A stretch of 37,657 bases of DNA from the sequence record DRR723986_3503, one strand, 5' to 3'. The position numbers and the translations under genes are program-made. Under the pieces are notes generated by a model. That model was not told the DNA's origin and searched no databases. It worked only from the letters and a program-made list of their open reading frames with translations. Positions 34,565-37,657 of this stretch are shown piece by piece. The first letter of the stretch is position 1. The number at the start of each line of letters is the position of its first letter.

Positions 34565-35041
34565 CTAGTTTCCATTGCAGGTCTGCGTGTTTTTCTGAAT
34601 GCCGATCTGGCTGACCTTGCCGGTGTCGTTGTCGACTTCGAAATACACATCATTGTAGTCGTAGACGGTGATATCGCCGCGCGTGACGACGCATCTCGGG
34701 GTGCCGTAAACGCCGCGCGCGAAGATCTGCTCACTGCCTTTGGCGACGCCGGCGGGTGTGCGGAAGCGGGCATCCCGCGCGATGATCCAGTAGACCTTGT
34801 CGTCGGCGCCGACGGTCAGCCCGTCATAATTGTAGCTGGTCGCGCCTGTGCCCGCGATGGGGATCGTCTTGTGAGGCGCGCCCTTCACGGCGAAGAGTTC
34901 GGCCAGCGACATTCCGAGCTCGACATTGCCGACGCGCTCGCCGGGAATGATCATGTCGTCGTTGAGATTGGGTGGCGGACTGGCGCAGGCGCCGAAAGCG
35001 AGGATGGACAGGGTTGCGAGAGTTACGCGGACAACCGTCAT
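34565..35041 (-). CDS. Hypothetical lipoprotein with internal two-fold repeat
   Basis: Lipobox AFGAC; IIPGERVGNVELGMS..KGAP and TPAGVAKGS..YGTP repeat units; GAGGGA RBS. Confidence 0.75.
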   Translation of the reverse strand: MTVVRVTLATLSILAFGACASPPPNLNDDMIIPGERVGNVELGMSLAELFAVKGAPHKTIPIAGTGATSYNYDGLTVGADDKVYWIIARDARFRTPAGVAKGSEQIFARGVYGTPRCVVTRGDITVYDYNDVYFEVDNDTGKVSQIGIQKNTQTCNGN

Positions 35042-35190
35042 GACGGATCCCTCATGGCTAGCGTGGACACTGCACTGACGGTCAGATCAGCGCTTCCCCA
35101 GCCACAGGGATGAAACTACGGCATAAATCGTGGCCTGCGCCACTCAGGGGGGCCACAATTTTTTGTAATGTTCAGTTGGTGTTCGGCGCC

Positions 35191-36330
35191 TTAGCCTTTC
35201 AGCATGTCCCGGCTGATGATGACGCGCATGATCTCGTTCGTGCCTTCCAGGATCTGGTGCACTCTCAGGTCACGGACGATGCGCTCCACGCCATAGTCAG
35301 CGAGATAGCCGTAGCCGCCATGGATCTGCAGCGCATTGTTCGCGACGTTGAAGGCCGTGTCGGTGACGAACCGCTTCGCCATGGCGCACCAGCGGGTGGC
35401 GGCCGGGTCTTTCCGGTCGAGCCGTCCGGCGGCTTCATACAGCATCACGCGGGCGGCCTGCAGCTCGGTCTCCATGTCGGCCAGCTTGAACTGGGTGGCC
35501 TGGAAGTCCGCGATCGCCTTGCCGAACTGTTCGCGCTCCTTGGCATAGGCGAGCGCCTTGTCGAGCGCGAGCTGTGCCCCGCCGAGCGCGGACGCCGCAA
35601 TGTTCAGGCGCCCGCCATCGAGACCTGCCATGGCGAATTTGAAGCCGTGGCCTTCTTCGCCGACGCGGTTCGCCGCCGGTACGCGCACGCCATCAAGGAT
35701 CACCTGCCGGGTCGGCTGGCTCTTCCAGCCCATCTTGCGCTCGTTGGCCCCAAAGCTGAGGCCAGGCGCATCCTTCGGGATGATGAAGGTGGAAACGCCC
35801 TTTGCCCCGTCGTCGGAGGTGCGCGCCATCAGGACGTAAATGTCTGACGTTCCCGCGCCAGAGATGAATTGTTTCGCACCTGAAATGACATATTCGTCGC
35901 CCTCGCGGACGGCCTTTGTCTTGAGGCTCGCAGCGTCAGATCCGGCCCCCGGCTCGGTCAGGCAGTAGGAGGCGATCAGCTCCATGCTGGTCAGGCGCGG
36001 CAGCCATTCCTGGCGCTGTTCGTCACTGCCGAACGTGTCGATCATCCAGCTTGCCATGTTGTGGATGGAGATGAAGGCCGCCGTGGAGACATCACCATAG
36101 GCCAGCTGTTCGAAGATCAGCGCCGCATCGGTACGCGTCAGGCCTGCGCCGCCGACATCTTCCTTCACATAGATGCTGGCGAAGCCGAGTTCCGCCGCCT
36201 TGCGGATCACATCGACCGGAAAGTGGCTGTTCTGGTCCCATTCCTCGGAATTCGGCAGCAGCTCCTCTTCCGCGAACTTTCGCGCCATATCGCGAATCAT
36301 CAATTGTTCGTCGGAAAACAACGCGCTCAT
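35191..36330 (-). CDS. Isobutyryl-CoA dehydrogenase-like acyl-CoA dehydrogenase
   Basis: AFISIHNMASWMID, SYCLTEPGAGSDAASL, KMGWKSQPT, GLDGGRLNIA, QIHGGYGYL, DLRVHQILEGTNEIMR. Confidence 0.92.
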   Translation of the reverse strand: MSALFSDEQLMIRDMARKFAEEELLPNSEEWDQNSHFPVDVIRKAAELGFASIYVKEDVGGAGLTRTDAALIFEQLAYGDVSTAAFISIHNMASWMIDTFGSDEQRQEWLPRLTSMELIASYCLTEPGAGSDAASLKTKAVREGDEYVISGAKQFISGAGTSDIYVLMARTSDDGAKGVSTFIIPKDAPGLSFGANERKMGWKSQPTRQVILDGVRVPAANRVGEEGHGFKFAMAGLDGGRLNIAASALGGAQLALDKALAYAKEREQFGKAIADFQATQFKLADMETELQAARVMLYEAAGRLDRKDPAATRWCAMAKRFVTDTAFNVANNALQIHGGYGYLADYGVERIVRDLRVHQILEGTNEIMRVIISRDMLKG

Positions 36331-36394
36331 GGGTTCCACCTTTTGACTATCTCAAGTAATGAGTCGGGAATTCCCCGTGTCACCGGTATTGTCA

Positions 36395-36931
36395 ATGCAA
36401 CAGACCCGCTTCGAATATGATATCGCCCCGGCGCTGCGGGAGGATATCGGGCGCCTGATCGAGGTGGACCTTGCGGCTGGCCAGCTGTTCGCGCCGACGG
36501 GGCTGCTCACCAATGATGCGCTGCAGGATCATGTGCCGGAAGCCGTTATGCTGCAGGCCATCGAGGCAGGCGACCTGCTTAAAATCAGCGCACAGGGCAA
36601 CACGCCCGCCGGCTTCGCCCTGATCTCCCAGCGCGGCGGAACGCTTTATCTGGACCAGATCAGCGTGCACCCTGATCACGGCCGCCGGGGGCTGGGCGGA
36701 GACCTGGTGCGGCATGTGTTCCAGATCGCCAAACAACGCCGCCAGAAGCAGGTCACCCTTTCTACTTTTCGGGATGTGCCATGGAATGCGCCGTTCTACG
36801 GCAAGCTGGGCTTCCGCGAGATTCCGCGGAAAGACATGGATGACTGGATGCTGGAACTCGAGAAGATCCAGGCCGAGAGCCTCGATGTCTCGCAGCGCTG
36901 TTTCATGGTGCGTAAGATTGGCTGGTTGTAA
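36395..36931 (+). CDS. GNAT-family N-acetyltransferase
   Basis: LDQISVHPDHGRRGLGG acetyl-CoA motif A; TLSTFRDVPWNAPFYGKLGF. Confidence 0.9.
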   Translation: MQQTRFEYDIAPALREDIGRLIEVDLAAGQLFAPTGLLTNDALQDHVPEAVMLQAIEAGDLLKISAQGNTPAGFALISQRGGTLYLDQISVHPDHGRRGLGGDLVRHVFQIAKQRRQKQVTLSTFRDVPWNAPFYGKLGFREIPRKDMDDWMLELEKIQAESLDVSQRCFMVRKIGWL

Positions 36932-36961
36932 GCCGCCGGATTTTGGCGCACTCACTGGGCT

Positions 36962-37657
<696 letters not shown>

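Noticed and set aside
35130-35164. GTGGCC...GGCCAC followed by a T run on the + strand, as a possible sRNA terminator
   Set aside because: Short stem, large loop, and no supporting + strand promoter or gene identified.

Overview
GC-rich alphaproteobacterial chromosomal segment. Gene content and order suggest Caulobacterales/Hyphomonadaceae, but that is inference. It holds about 40 densely packed, mostly housekeeping or metabolic genes: the xseB-ispA-dxs operon (dxs cut by the left edge), signal peptidase I, a pseudouridine synthase, a cold-shock protein, an FeS-type cryptochrome/(6-4) photolyase, three acyl-CoA dehydrogenases, YceI/cytochrome b561, Sua5, D- and L-2-hydroxy-acid dehydrogenases, mutL, a lipoprotein cytochrome c, an LdtR-like regulator, PilZ, TauD, an EcxA-like metalloprotease, a truncated haemoglobin and hemB (cut by the right edge). 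I saw no tRNA, rRNA, CRISPR array, transposase or integrase. The most notable signals are: (1) an exported single-chain tandem caspase-like (C14) protein whose first domain has lost both catalytic residues while the second is intact; (2) a photolyase whose conserved N-terminus has no canonical start codon and apparently begins at ATC behind a Shine-Dalgarno-like sequence; (3) a perfect SoxR-type palindrome upstream of a nonsense-interrupted VOC gene, followed in the same frame by a start-less beta-barrel-like remnant that the ORF track missed; (4) candidate stress sigma-factor promoters (RpoE-ChrR type and EcfG/SigT type); (5) a group-1 truncated haemoglobin with an atypical distal pocket.
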